Origin: Anthoceros angustus
Taxonomy: Eukaryota > Plantae > Anthocerotophyta
Assembly (NCBI GenBank): GCA_010909165.1
Contig: MU008158.1
Location: forward strand, 3,614,809 to 3,678,808
DNA: 64,000 nucleotides
Direction: 5' to 3'
The notes beneath the pieces are model-generated. The model saw only the letters and a list, made by a program, of their open reading frames with translations, was not told where the DNA came from and did no database searches. Every line of letters starts with the position of its first letter. Position 1 is the stretch's first letter. Positions 1 through 12,959 of this stretch are shown here, piece after piece. The position numbers were made by a program, and so were the translations under genes.

Positions 1-1500
1 ATCCATGGTTGTGCTCACCATGCTGGTTAGACAGCGAGCTGAAAAACAGCAGAGCAGGCACTGACAGCTTTTGTAAGGTGACCAGCAAGCGGACATTCGA
101 AACTGCATCTAGAATGTAGCCCACCAACCGGCCGGTGAAACTGCCTCCAGAATGACCCTCCAACGTGGTGCAAAGCTTCCCACGTTCTTCTGGAAGCAGC
201 AATTGTGGCTTTTCAGTCACTAGCTGTGTCACCGCTTCTTCTCTTCCGTCGAGCGATGGGATTTCGAGCCTTGATGTGGCATACGCATATAGGAAGTCTT
301 TGCAAGCGCTCTCATTCCTGTACGGCTCTGCCATCTTCTAGCATAGCACCGTCAAGGCAAGGTTCTGTACAACATTCCCGGCTGGGAATATCCTGCTACC
401 GTGGGACACTGGCATGTCGATCAAAATTGTTCCTGAGCAGTTTCCAACGGGCTACAATTTGAATACTTGTTTACAAAACTGTTGGCTATGTACTCATTAC
501 CTTCATGTCCTCGTTCCCTCATCTGCAAAGAAAGCTTCTCTTCTTTCCTCTTCGTTCCAACACCTGGGTGCATGTACCTGCACGAGCCGCCGTCACCGAA
601 CGGGGTGCAGCCATATCATGCCTCTTCTTGCATAGTGCCGTACACAGAGGTAAGGCTTCTCTCCCCATCACCTGCTGGGCACATCCAGTCATGGCAGTTC
701 TAGTCAACTCATTTTTCTCCTCAAGTTTATCAAACACTTTCTGCGCTCTTCCAAGCTGCTACACTATTCCCTCGTTCATAAAAGTCCTGGCCACAGACAT
801 CACCTTCCATGTCCTAGCTCTTTAAATATACTTACTGGCCATGCCTCCTTCTTGCATATCATCGTAAAGAGGTAGCGCTTCCAGGCCCCCGTTACTGCTG
901 GGAATATTCTGCTATCAGGACAGTCCACGCGACCACATGCTCTTGATCCAGTCCCTCAAACACACTTCGAGCATTCTTTACTATGAATGTCTCCTTCTCA
1001 TGGCAAGCTGGCAGACACGATAGGTGTGTTTGAAGTGGTTTTTGACCAGATCCGTTCAATTCATCGGCCAGCATTTCTGACCATATTGAATAGTGACAAG
1101 GCAAGCAGGTCAGATGGACCAGACCCTCCTAGTCTGTACACCAGCTCTGCCCTGGCTGCTCCCATGCCCTGAGTAGTCTTTTTCTCCTATACATCTCCTG
1201 GGTGCCTGCTCCCACATCTGGGTTCCGGCGTATATGTTCCACATCAGTTTGGCATCTTCCTTGTCTAGCTTCACTGCTTACTTGAAAGCATATGCAATCC
1301 ACCTACACTTTCAACAAGGACCCAACATGGTGTGCCAAACTGCAGCATTAAGCCAAACCAGCATCGACCGTAGCAAAGCTAGTCGTCAACTCACTCTGGG
1401 GCGAATGCAGCTCTGTGCAAGGATAGACCAGACAATTCTGTTCTGTGGAAGGGTCAAGCAAAGACAGCAAAAAGCATGTTCACGAAATTGTGCACTAGGG
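1..1500 (-). pseudogene. Degenerate PLS-class pentatricopeptide repeat (PPR) gene fragments with an E-domain-like motif
   Basis: Minus-strand translations give broken PPR motifs: GHEGNEYIANSFVNKYSNCSPLETAQ (~440-520), KVFDKLEEKNELTRTAMTGCAQQ (~670-745), ARSVFEGLDQEHVVAWTVLIAEYSQQ (892-970). An E-domain-like LMWNIYA...WE...EQPGQSWV lies at ~1140-1250. Many stops and frameshifts; boundaries approximate. Confidence 0.6.
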
Positions 1501-2006
1501 TCAAAGTCATGCTCAACGCTAAGTAGGCAACGACTACCATGAGAATGGTCATATTGACAGGTCACAATAAACTTCTGGAGCTGAAGTACAAGAGTTGGAG
1601 GTGTACAGCAGGTTGTCCCAGCAAAGAAACACACGTACTTGATATTCAGCAAAAGGGAACAGAGGAGGAAATCGAGGTTCCAATGCGAGGGCCAGAGACT
1701 ACCCAGCAGATCCTCTGAGACGAGGAAGGTTCCCAAGTGGTGAATCCCATCCTGCAGCAAACATCTCGGAGCCTCAGCAGGCTCATTGAAAACAGCAGCT
1801 TCACTGCCTCGATTTGCTGACCTGAGCATGTGTGCCGTTTCCAGCTTTTATGGACTTGCCCCCGGATTCAATGAACATAACAACCACCTGCACCGATATC
1901 CTGGGTTGATACTTCGCTGTGGATGTGACACACTGTTGATTCGACGTGTTAAGACGAGGCACTCAAACTCCTAGTTTTCCGCGTGTTCTCCAGATTCCTC
2001 TGAAAC

Positions 2007-5000
2007 ACCCTCCGTTTTCCTCTGAAACGCCCTTCGTTTCGAAGATGACTGCTCATATAACAGTGCCTGCAGCTACTATATTGCCCTCTAAGGGCAGTCT
2101 CATGATGTGAACACACATGCAAGACACCCACAAATGTCACAGAATGAGGTCCCACGTACTCTAGGCTGCCACGCTTGTCACCCATATCTCAGTAAGCTGC
2201 AAGTAACCGTGAGTCCCTTGTCTTCAATATGTCCACGTAAGAAGGCAGACACCACAAAAGTCATGACCATGCCCTGCTGGCAGTCCACATGCCGATTGCA
2301 AAAAAGGAATGGGACCGGCGGTCCAGTGTGGTGTTCGTGTTTGTTTCTTGTGATGTTACTGGTTAGTCTCAAATGATCTTCTTCAGCTGTGACACTTTTA
2401 CCATTTGTGTCTACGTCAAACGAGTAGAGCCTTCACTCGTTGAGAAGTTGCCCTCGATCATGTCATCTTCTAGGAGTACGTTAAGGTGACCTCGACCAAC
2501 TCATTTCTGCTTGTGTGGGGAAGTAGAACGGCAAATTTTGTACCTGTTCGGTCCTGCCTTTGTCACTCCCTGCTTTTATCATTTGTGCTCAAAACCTTAA
2601 GTTTCCTGATGTTGCAGGGTGAGGCTGCTTGTAGTGAGTCAGATCTGCTAGGTTTGGAGGTGTTGCTCATAACCTGCTGTTATGCAGACACTTACCAGCC
2701 ATCATGGAGGTGCCCTCCGCGTTGAGACACAAGCGATTGCCCACATGGCACAGAATTCACTTCATGGTGAGTCTGCTATGTGTATCTTCTTGCTAACCGA
2801 AATGGAGCACCTGCTAATCAGAGCTTGTAAGCGTCGAGGGCAAATTTACGTGTCACACGCTTCTGCTTGATGAGCTGGTACTGGAATTCTCCCCATGGTG
2901 AAGGGCTTGTAGCATGGAGGGTGCTCTTGATCCACCAGCTTTGCATCAGGCTGGATCAGTGTCTCCTTGCTGGGATTGAAGAAGTAGGCCACAGAGAGGC
3001 GGTGATGAATCGGGTTCACGACAGCCCGGTGCTCTTCGCTCGTCACTCGCTTGTTCGTCCATGCCTGGGTTCAATTCAGAGACTAATGTCAGTAATCGGA
3101 CCGGAAGTCCTTCAGAAGGATCTGAATTGAGATCGACCGGAATTCGATTCATACCTGCAACGTGTCACCGATGTTCACAGTTATGGCTCCAGGGACAGGC
3201 TGGCTCGCGATCCACTGCCCCTTGTGCACCACTTGGAGTCCGGGAACGTCGTCCTGGAGCAGGAGCGTGATGGATTGTGGGTCGGAGTGGGCCCCCAGTC
3301 CCAGGCAGCGGAAAGGCTCCGGGCACGGCAGGTAGTGGTTGATCCGGAGCAACGCCATCTCTGGGTCTGTGAAGTGCTGGCTGAAATGGTTGCTGGCCAG
3401 ACCCAGCGCTCAAGGATAAGGTTCAGAATTTGGAATCCCAGCTTCTTCACCGCGTCCGAGTACGCAATCAGGATGTCGCTGCAGGCAGGCATCCTGGCAG
3501 GAAAAGAAAGCATCATCATGCATCGGTCGGCCGTCTGGCGGATGTGAGGGATTTTGATCACAAATCGGTTTCCAGAAAGCGCACCTGAAATGCTGATGCT
3601 GGTCGTCCCAAATCCGCTGAGAACTCGACGATCTTCTCCGAGATTGCTGAACCTGCACGTTCTCCACCCACGGGAGATTGGTGCCGTAGTCCGGGTTGCT
3701 GGGAGAGTACCCTCCGTTTTCCTCTGAAACGCCCTTCGTTTCGAAGATGACTGCTCATATAACAGTGCCTGCAGCTACTATATTGCCCTCTAAGGGCAGT
3801 CTCATGATGTGAACACACATGCAAGACACCACAAATGTCACAGAATGAGGTCCCACGTACTCTAGGCTGCCACGCTTGTCACCCATATCTCAGTAAGCTG
3901 CAAGTAACCGTGAGTCCCTTGTCTTCAATATGTCCACGTAAGAAGGCAGACACCACAAAAGTCATGACCATGCCCTGCTGGCAGTCCACATGCCGATTGC
4001 AAAGGAATGGGACCGGCGGTCCAGTGTGGTGTTCGTGTTTGTTTCTTGTGATGTTACTGGTTAGTCTCAAATGATCTTCTTCAGCTGTGACACTTTTACC
4101 ATTTGTGTCTACGTCAAACGAGTAGAGCCTTCACTCGTTGAGAAGTTGCCCTCGATCATGTCATCTTCTAGGAGTACGTTAAGGTGACCTCGACCAACTC
4201 ATTTCTGCTTGTGTGGGGAAGTAGAACGGCAAATTTTGTACCTGTTCGGTCCTGCCTTTGTCACTCCCTGCTTTTATCATTTGTGCTCAAAACCTTAAGT
4301 TTCCTGATGTTGCAGGGTGAGGCTGCTTGTAGTGAGTCAGATCTGCTAGGTTTGGAGGTGTTGCTCATAACCTGCTGTTATGCAGACACTTACCAGCCAT
4401 CATGGAGGTGCCCTCCGCGTTGAGACACAAGCGATTGCCCACATGGCACAGAATTCACTTCATGGTGAGTCTGCTATGTGTATCTTCTTGCTAACCGAAA
4501 TGGAGCACCTGCTAATCAGAGCTTGTAAGCGTCGAGGGCAAATTTACGTGTCACACGCTTCTGCTTGATGAGCTGGTACTGGAATTCTCCCATGGTGAAG
4601 GGCTTGTAGCATGGAGGGTGCTCTTGATCCACCAGCTTTGCATCAGGCTGGATCAGTGTCTCCTTGCTGGGATTGAAGAAGTAGGCCACAGAGAGGCGGT
4701 GATGAATCGGGTTCACGACAGCCCGGTGCTCTTCGCTCGTCACTCGCTTGTTCGTCCATGCCTGGGTTCAATTCAGAGACTAATGTCAGTAATCGGACCG
4801 GAAGTCCTTCAGAAGGATCTGAATTGAGATCGACCGGAATTCGATTCATACCTGCAACGTGTCACCGATGTTCACAGTTATGGCTCCAGGGACAGGCTGG
4901 CTCGCGATCCACTGCCCCTTGTGCACCACTTGGAGTCCGGGAACGTCGTCCTGGAGCAGGAGCGTGATGGATTGTGGGTCGGAGTGGGCCCCCAGTCCCA

Positions 5001-5409
5001 GGCAGCGGAAAGGCTCCGGGCACGGCAGGTAGTGGTTGATCCGGAGCAACGCCATCTCTGGGTCTGTGAAGTGCTGGCTGAAATGGTTGCTGGCCAGACC
5101 CAGCGCTTCGGCGATAAGGTTCAGAATTTGGAATCCCAGCTTCTTCACCGCGTCCGAGTACGCAATCAGGATGTCGCTGCAGGCAGGCATCCCGGGCAGG
5201 AAAAAGTATCATCATGCATCGGTCGGCCGTCTGGCGGATGTGAGGGATTTTGATCACAAATCGGTTTCCAGAAAAGCGCACCTGAAATGCTGATGCTGGT
5301 CGTCCCAAATCCGGGTTGAGAACTCGACGATCTTCTCCGGAGATTGCTGAACCTGCACGTTCTCCACCCACGGGAGATTGGTGCCGTAGTCCGGGTTGCT
5401 GGGAGAGTA
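2007..5409. repeat. Head-to-tail tandem duplication, unit ~1.70 kb (2007-3708 and 3709-5409)
   Basis: ACCCTCCGTTTTCCTCTGAAACG starts at both 2007 and 3709. Copy 1 ends GGGAGAGTA at 3709, matching 5401-5409. Copies are near-identical, differing mainly by small indels. The junction has 1 bp microhomology and sits in a 22 bp tandem repeat (1996-2039). Confidence 0.92.
2818..3709 (-). pseudogene. 5'-truncated duplicate of the 2OG-Fe(II) dioxygenase (lacks promoter and first ~124 codons; contains frameshifts)
   Basis: Same exon sequences as 4516-5409 (GAHSDPQSITLLLQD, EHRAVVN), cut at the duplication junction. An extra C near 2891 shifts the last exon. Confidence 0.85.
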
Positions 5410-5781
5410 GCCCAGAGGGATAACTGCCGTGCGCCGGGCTCTGTTCTTCTGCTCGAGCGGGAGCAGGAACAGGCCTCGACACTCGTCTTGGAGCCGCTTC
5501 ATCAGATCCAACGGCACGCCGTGGTCCACCACATTGAAGAAGCCCCAATCCCGTGCTGCTTCCAGCACCTGCTGCCGCAACCTGGACCTGGAATCGCACT
5601 CAGCATTGCTCTTTTGGAGCTCGGAGAAGGAGATGGTGGGTATGTCAACGGCATCGTCCTTGAAATCGTTGTATGCAAGGGAAGGCCACTCGTCGGGGCT
5701 GAAGTGGTAGTCCTTCAATTCTCGATTTCCCGAAAGAAATATGGAGAAAGGCTTTCCGTTATCACCCAATGGTGGAGCCAT
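4516..5781 (-). CDS. 2-oxoglutarate/Fe(II)-dependent dioxygenase, DOXC class (GA-oxidase-like); exons 5781-5282, 5176-4852, 4761-4516; ~356 aa
   Basis: ATG at 5781 and two GT-AG introns; the spliced length of 1071 nt is in frame. Motifs: DIOX_N (IPTIS...AARDWGFFNVVDHGV), LPWVEN, HSD and distal H (iron ligands), NIGDTLQ|AWTN, and RLS (RxS). Confidence 0.93.
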
Positions 5782-6347
5782 CTGTGAACCTCTCTCCGGA
5801 TCAGCTGCCTTGACCCTTTTATGCTTTCAGAAACATCCACTAATTAGCCGGCTGATACCAGGCTACCCTCGTAATCCACAGCACGAAGGCTATTTTAGTG
5901 CTGATGCCTTCTCTGCCACTGTACATATCTACATCAGCACACAGTTCTCTGGGATTCCTGATTCTGTCAGATCCCCGACTGGGTACCGTGCAGTGTGCAC
6001 CAAGGCTCAAGCCATCTTATTATTAGCTCCTCGGCACTTGAAAGACAGCTTTGGGGGATGCGCACAAAATCCAAATATGGTTGAAAATATCGATGCTCGT
6101 TGATCCACATTTGGTCGAAAACAAGGACGTTAATATTTCGGCAATACAATCGTTAGAGCAGCTCCATCGGTTATGGTGTAGGTGGATTCTAATGTAGGGT
6201 TTAGAGTTGCAACTGCGAAAGTGAGAGCTGTTCACCGGAGGAAGGTCAGTGGATGAAGTGTTTTATTGTTTGTGTGCATGACACAACCCAAGAGGGATTC
6301 CATCTGCCTAACAAATTTGGTACAGGCTAGGAAGCGAGTGCCTTCCT

Positions 6348-6415
6348 GGCTACATAGCTGAAAAGATGGGAGACTCATCCAGGCTACATAGCTGAAAAGA
6401 TGGGAGACTCATCCA
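6348..6415. repeat. Perfect 34 bp tandem duplication just downstream of the methyltransferase stop codon
   Basis: GGCTACATAGCTGAAAAGATGGGAGACTCATCCA occurs at 6348-6381 and 6382-6415. Confidence 0.9.
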
Positions 6416-6431
6416 GGCAGAACACCCATAC

Positions 6432-7523
6432 TTAGGCAGCAGATCGTCTTCGGAAAAGCAAGTGGGAAACCATCCACTCCTGTCCATCGTTGTAGCCGAA
6501 CAGTTCAGCAACTGCTATAAAGAATGTCCGCCAGTAGGCTATCCACTTCTTCACGTGGGCCTTTCCATATGCCTCAGCGAAGATGGACTCCACCACCCTA
6601 GAGTTTTGGTCCATTTTCTTGAGCCACTCCTCGCTTGTCCTAGCATAGTGTTTGCCATTAACCCGCCAGTGGTTCACCACCGATACATCATCCTGGAAGT
6701 AGAGCAGCAGTCCATCCGCAGGCATAGTCCCACCGGTGAAGAAGTTCCGTGCCATCCAATCATCCTCTCCCGCATCCTCAAAATGATAGGCAAACAGCTT
6801 GTGTGAGAAAATGTGCACGAAGAGCAGCCCGTCAGGCTTCATCCAGGAAGCAACGTTCCGCAGCAGCTTTTGATAGTTCTTCATGTGCTCGAACATTTCG
6901 ATGGACAGAACGCGGTCGAAAGTTTCACCTGCATCGAAGGAGTTGATGTCGCAGCACAGGATGGTCACGTTGTCCAGCCCCCGCGCCCTGCACTGGTCCT
7001 GGATGAAGGCCTGCTGGGTTTTGGAGTTGGAAACCCCCGTCACCCTGCTGTTAGGGTACCTGTCCGCGATGAAGAGCGTGAGGGATCCCCAGCCACAGCC
7101 CAGGTCCAGCACGGATTGCCCGTCCTCCAGCTGCGCCCGCTGACAGTAGATTTGCAGCATGGCCTCCTCGGCCTCGTCCAGGGTGGAGTGCCTGCTGGGG
7201 AAGAAAGCGGAGCTGTACTTCAAACGCCTGCCCAGAACAAGTTGGTAAAACTCCGTGGGCACTTCGTAATGCTGCGAGTTGGCGTCCACCGTGTGGATTG
7301 CGATGGGCATCTTCTTCAGCGACTCTACGAAGCTCATGAGCTGCTGTAGCTGCTCTTCCGCCGAGGGCTTGTAGCACACGCTGAGGCGCATGGCGAGCAG
7401 AAATCTGGAAGCTCTCCGAACCACAAAATCTGGCAGCACATTAGCTTCCAGGGCCTGCAGCCCTATCTTCATCGCCAGGTTGTAGGCCGAAGTGGAAGCC
7501 ATGGACATAATGCCTGCCGCCAT
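6432..7523 (-). CDS. SAM-dependent methyltransferase, (S)-coclaurine N-methyltransferase-like / CFA-synthase superfamily; single exon, 363 aa
   Basis: Uninterrupted ORF with QHYEVP, LKYSS, SAM motif VLDLGCGWGS, SIEMFEHMKNY, FFTGGTMP, WRTFFIAVAELFGY and EWMVSHLLF, all typical of the plant CNMT-like family. Confidence 0.93.
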   Translation of the reverse strand: MAAGIMSMASTSAYNLAMKIGLQALEANVLPDFVVRRASRFLLAMRLSVCYKPSAEEQLQQLMSFVESLKKMPIAIHTVDANSQHYEVPTEFYQLVLGRRLKYSSAFFPSRHSTLDEAEEAMLQIYCQRAQLEDGQSVLDLGCGWGSLTLFIADRYPNSRVTGVSNSKTQQAFIQDQCRARGLDNVTILCCDINSFDAGETFDRVLSIEMFEHMKNYQKLLRNVASWMKPDGLLFVHIFSHKLFAYHFEDAGEDDWMARNFFTGGTMPADGLLLYFQDDVSVVNHWRVNGKHYARTSEEWLKKMDQNSRVVESIFAEAYGKAHVKKWIAYWRTFFIAVAELFGYNDGQEWMVSHLLFRRRSAA

Positions 7524-8459
7524 AGCCCCCTTAACCCAGTGATGTAGTGAACAACAAGATTACTGCAGTCTTACAACTTTGAAGGACCCCGCCGTTCGTC
7601 GAGCATCTCTCGTTGGAAGATCTTCCGTCACCGCCACTCAAGTACCACCCGTCCCAAGAAAAACGTCGTGTTTTTTCTTTCGGTACTCATAGGTCTTCAA
7701 TCACTATTTTTCTTCGAAACACCCTGGCATCGGACTCAGCTATGGCATTTTTTCTCCACAGCCGTGGTGGGCATGTATGGCAGACCCAAGGTAGTGAGCA
7801 TTTTCCGCTCAAGGAAGGCTATCTACTTGTTCCGGTACGTTTGATTATCAGACCTTGTTCTTGATAAGTTCGATATAATATCCAGATTATATTATATTAT
7901 AAATTTCAAAATTAAATATCTATTATTTTTAAAGTTAATAATCTGTCGCTGGTTGTTTTTATCTTTCTAAGCTAGAGAGCAAGTGAGGTGCAGATTGAAT
8001 AGAGAAAAAGCACTGAAGGCGCGGAATTATTGCCTTGGAGCTGAAGAACTAGGGATTCCCTCCGGCTTGTCACCTTGTAATGCAAAGTGTGGTTTTTAAC
8101 TTAACTTAAAGAAGTTCTCATGACTCAAGGTCTCACACGAGGCCAGCCTATGCTCCCTACTCATGAACACAAGGCAGGTTTATGACCTACAGCGTTTGTT
8201 GCAGCTAGGTGTAAGGTTAAGCAATAAGCATCCATGGGGCTGGGCTCTCTTTTGTAACCCATAATCAAAAGAGAGGGTCTCTTTGTCAGGGTAAGAGGAG
8301 CCTCTTGTCTCCACTGTCGAGGCATAAGAACATACGTTTCTTGGGGGAGAATCGCTACAACAAATGGACTAGTATTGTAATAGTTTTTGTCATGGAAACC
8401 GTAACAGGGCAAAAAAACATTACAAAAGCACAGTATAGTTAAGGTGTGATTAAATTTAA

Positions 8460-8714
8460 CTTGTACTGGGGTAGGGTTAGGTGACGTTGGCTGGGGTCAA
8501 CCTGAGGGTTAGGGATCCCTCATAAAATATGACTATTTAGGGCACTATTCATTAGGGCACATATTAGTTACTTATTTAGTTAGTTGTTATATTGGTTATA
8601 TTGGTTATAACCACCTATAACCACCTCTACTTTATAAACACTTGCTTTGTTCATTTAATACAATGCTACAAACATCTTTGAGTAAGTGTGTTATTTTCAT
8701 CATGGTATTAGAGC
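8460..8714 (+). mobile_element. Probable LTR 3' end plus tRNA-iMet primer-binding site (element C; partner LTR not found)
   Basis: An AT-rich segment ends ...TTTTCATCA (8702) and is followed directly by TGGTATTAGAGC (8703-8714), 11/12 to the iMet PBS TGGTATCAGAGC. The LTR start is uncertain. Confidence 0.5.
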
Positions 8715-9706
8715 ACCTTGCTCTTGATCCTTAAGCAAACTACTTGCTGCCTATGAATTTATTAAATCCCTCATGTGTTTTCTATCCTAGATTATCTAAT
8801 CTTCACATATGCATTATGGAGATAGGGATTTCGGCAGCAATTGCAACATGCTCAAATTAGCAATTATATGATGCACAATTTGTGCATCCAATCCTTGTTC
8901 ATTTACCATGGATTCCATCACTCCTGGTAAACAAGGATATTGGAGGAAATTCTGAGCTGCAAGACAAGAGAAACAACATAAGGATCACAATCATAGACTC
9001 CAAAAGAAATTGCATTCACGCCTGAAAAAATTTAAAAGGTTTCTGAATTAATGTGCAATTTGATTGGATCTATTTTGATTAAAAAAAATTATAAGGGCAA
9101 TTAATCAAACTTACTAGGATAAATTTGCTTACCTCATTTACTCCATTGCAAGTCAATGCTATATAATTAACACTCCAGCATATTCCAAACATTAGTGCTG
9201 GCCCTATATCTCCTGGTTCTAATACATTGCGGCAAAGTATTATTTGTATCAATTTTGAAAACGTGCCAAATCACGGTTTTCCATCGTCAGACCCCAATTT
9301 TCACACCCTCAAAATTAGAGACAAGGAACCATCTCTACTTCTTAGGAGACCTTGTTTTGTCCTCTTATATAGAACATACACATATGGCCTCCCTTAGACC
9401 AGCCTCCCTCTTCCTTTATGGCTTCCAGCTACACAATCTAATATCTCTTGACCTTCCAAAAAGGCCTAATTAAGAGCCTCCTTGGGAACCCACCCCAGCC
9501 GCCAGCAAGCCTTTAAATAATCCCTATCTACCTCACCCACTTGCAACCATCATGACTACTTCTTTAAGGTTCCCAACCAACAATAGTCCTAACCACAAGC
9601 AACCCTCCAAGGCATCAATTGTGATCCTAAGAGAGCCAACTGTCAAGTTCTTCAAAACCCTAAGGGGACCTTACCCTTATCTTCCCCACATGTTTCTTGC
9701 TGCCGC

Positions 9707-12672
9707 CTATTCCAACTCAATGGGATTATGGCTGGATCCCATCCTATCCTTTTCTGCTGGTCGTTCATCCCCCAGCAAAATAGTCTTGGCCCTCTTGGCC
9801 AAAGGCATGTCCTCTACACATGCCTCTCTTACCCTAGGGGAGGAGGGTTTCACCTCCTTAGCCCCTTGTTCTCCCACCTCAGGGCTGGACTCACCCCCAT
9901 ACTTGACCAATCCGCCATGGGCGCCCTCTCCCATGGCCACATCTCCTCTAGGAGTAGAGGCGTCAACCTCCCAAACTTCCTCATCCACTCCCGTAGTGCC
10001 TTCCGCCACCTCCGACGAAACTCCCCCTATGGGTTTAGAGCTGCTCCCTACGCCAGTAGGTACCCTACCTATATCGATAGGTGAGGGTACTTCCTGTTGC
10101 CTTCCTCCGACGAAATCTTCGACTATGGGAGCACCACTTGGGGCTCCCCTATCCTGTTGCTCTCCCTCATCATCGGAAACCTCTTCCCACTCCGATTCCT
10201 CGGAGTCATCTCCACTTCCCTCTTCTTCAAAGTCTAAGGCCCTCGGCTCCACTTTCATAAGCTCCTTCCTGTCATCATCATGGGGCCCTAGCAGCCTTCT
10301 CTTAATGAGGCGTGCTACCTCGTTCTTGGCCTTGATAACCTTATTATGAAGGCTGACCCCCAACCTCTGATATTGCATCTCCAGCTCGTCTAGCTCTTTA
10401 GGCCATTCCCCTTCTTTGCACCTACCCTTGTAGGCATTTCGTTGCAATGTCAGCTCTTCCACATGGAGGTGTAGAGCTACATTCTCCATTGTGGCACTAT
10501 GAAGTTGTTGTGCCATCTTCTTTTGTAGGGCGTAATCCGCCCAGAACCTCCTCTTCCGGATGACCAGACTTCTGCACCATGCCCCGCCTTTCCTCTCTCT
10601 TCTCCTTCACCCACCCCTGTGGCCTCAGCCTCGCAGATTTGTTGGGCACGCTCCAATTCCCCTTCCTTCACTCCCAACCTACCGTGGGTTTCTCGCAAAT
10701 CATCTTGGACACCCCCTACCTCTTGTCGTATGGCATCCCTTTCCCTCTCCAACTCGCTCACTTTGAGAGTTTGGCTAGCAAGTGCCTGCTCCTGTCGCTC
10801 TCTTTGATCTTTGGCCTTACTTTCACTCTCCTTGGCTGCTGTAAGGGCTACTTCTAGTCTCCCCACTTTTGTGGTAGCCTCTTTCACTTGTTGCATCCAT
10901 TCTTCCCTCGCATCAATAGTCAGCAGTAATGTGACAGCCAATCTATCCACGTGCTCCTTGCGGTCCTCGACCTCTATTTGGATCTGGCCGACCTTTCCGA
11001 CCAAAGCCCTCATTCTTCCTTCCAACTCCAACACCTTTGCCTCAAAAGCCCTTGCGTTTTCTTGGCTCCTAGCCTCTCCTTCTCGTGTGGCTGCCTCCCG
11101 GGCCATACTTGCCCTCAACTCCCCCTGGCTTTCCACCAACGCACCAGCTATCCTTGTGGCTTCCTTCGTATCCAGCTGGCTCAAACGCTCACATAGTTGG
11201 AGTACCTCCCCTAACACTCCTAGTTCAGGCCCCATGGCCTGTGCTCCTACCATTCCATAACCCGCGGGGACCACATCCTACCATGGTCTCATCCGCACTA
11301 GCCCCTCTGGGAGCTAGCCTCCTCCTAGGCTCCCTCCGAGGCACCACCTTAGCATGTCCTCCCGCACTTGTCTCAGCAATGGGGCACTCTTGGTCCCATT
11401 GTGGCTGAACTTCCTCTAACCTAGGGAGTTCTACTGCACTCCCTTTCACTCCTCCTCCCTCAATAGGTACCTCACCTACTGGTGTAGGGACCTCTGTCCC
11501 AGTCTGCTTCTCTTGGTGCCGTGTCTGCGCATCTTCCTCCGTAGGTCCCTGACCTACATAGACCTCCCTATGGTCACTTTCCTCCTGCCCCATATCAACG
11601 TTTTGGCCCTTCTCTGGCATAGGGGCCTCTTCCTCCCTCTCAGGGACTTCTCCTTCTATCTTTATTCGCTTTGGCTGCGATGCTTTTGGCTCCTCATGAA
11701 GGTCTATGACCTTCTTCTTCCCTCTTGTGCTTCTGCGTCTTGGAAGCATCTCCACCTCCTCTTCCTCTTCTTCAACAAACACCCGGACTTGAGCCCCTTC
11801 CCTAGCCGCTTCCAGCTGCTTTATCGATCCAGAGGGCCTTCTCGTGGCAAGAGGGGTGGATACCTCCTCCTTAGGCACCAACTCCACCACATCAAAGGGC
11901 GCCCACGCGTCCGACAATTCCTCAGCACTCAATAACCCATCCACTTCTCACAAGTGGACCAAATAATTGGATAGGTAGCATAGCCTGGGAGACTCCGCAT
12001 CATGGCTGTTAGGCTTTAAAATCTTCTCCCTGTGATAGACGTAAGCATCGTACATAATATTCCCCCAGTTCGGCTTCGCACCCTGTGACACTTTCCACAC
12101 AAAAACCAGCAAGGCATCGCTAAAGTAGGTCTTCCGCTGATGATTAATAAGACCGATGACCACTTTGGCGAAGGTTCGCCACTTGAATTCCTTGATGGCC
12201 ACTGTGGGCCAGCCATTCTTCGTCTTTGCACTCTCTCCTCCATGTAACATGGCCACCGCCCCCTCCAGAAGTGAAATAGGAGCCATCTTCTTCCCATCCT
12301 TAGGCTTTTTCATTATCACAATCCCATCCCCCTCTTCCGTTGGTCTCCTATAGACTTGCCTTATACATTGAACTGTCCAGCACCTTGGGTCCGTTCTCGC
12401 GTTCCGATCTGGAAGGGTTGCCAATTGCCTTGCAGTTTGGTGGAGGCTAACATAGCACTCCTCCACAAGCTTAAGATTGTTGTAGGCCCAATTGCGGCCG
12501 TATGCCCACCGAAGTCAGATAGCCTCCTCATTCCCACGGCCGGTGCACCGATCCCGTGAGCACACCCGCCCACAAAACACTCAAATATAGGCATGTTAAT
12601 TTCAGGCGGATCCTCCGGCATGGTCTCCCATCTTCTTCTCTCCCCTTTCTTAGGGGTAGGTGTCTTTCCCAT
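9707..12672 (-). pseudogene. Frameshift-broken long ORF chain (ORF-Z1): retroelement accessory protein with globular N-terminus, acidic spacer and coiled coil
   Basis: ORFs 12466-11948, 11944-11225, 11274-10477 and 10516-9707 abut on one strand. They contain Glu/Lys-rich heptad-like stretches and share the DPRxWT...YxRPxEE motif with 23805-24300. Confidence 0.6.
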
Positions 12673-12959
12673 GGCTCTTTCCAACTTGGTTGCATGAAAG
12701 GAGATAAGAGAGGGGTACTTTATGCTTCCTTTTCTCAGTCCTTAGCCCACCTACGCCGCTTACTAGCAACCTATGACCATAGATCGGCTCCTCCCAACAC
12801 AATCTCCAAGGCCCTTTGCTTTCCTGGCCTTAGCTCATCGATAATACCTCTCACGTGACCTTCCAAGGTCACACCACCTGCCACACTTCCATTCACGAGT
12901 TACTCCCAAGATTGCGGCTTGTCTTCCTAAATTGCCATAATTCTCATAATCTTGAGCTT

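Noticed and set aside
4516-5781. Naming either 2OGD as GA20ox, GA3ox or GA2ox
   Set aside because: The LPWVEN and LPWSEG motifs only resemble LPWKET. Substrate cannot be assigned without a phylogeny and assay.
4862-5787. Overlapping 245 aa, 147 aa and 110 aa ORFs
   Set aside because: Alternative-frame or antisense shadows of the 2OGD exons.
6462-7349. Plus-strand ORFs of 114-178 aa
   Set aside because: Shadows of the methyltransferase CDS.
6432-7523. Bacterial horizontal transfer of the intronless methyltransferase
   Set aside because: The sequence has plant CNMT-like features throughout; lack of introns alone is not evidence of transfer.
9552-11935. Plus-strand Ser/Pro/Leu-rich ORFs (e.g. 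265 aa at 9552)
   Set aside because: Antisense shadows of the purine-rich ORF-Z1 chain.
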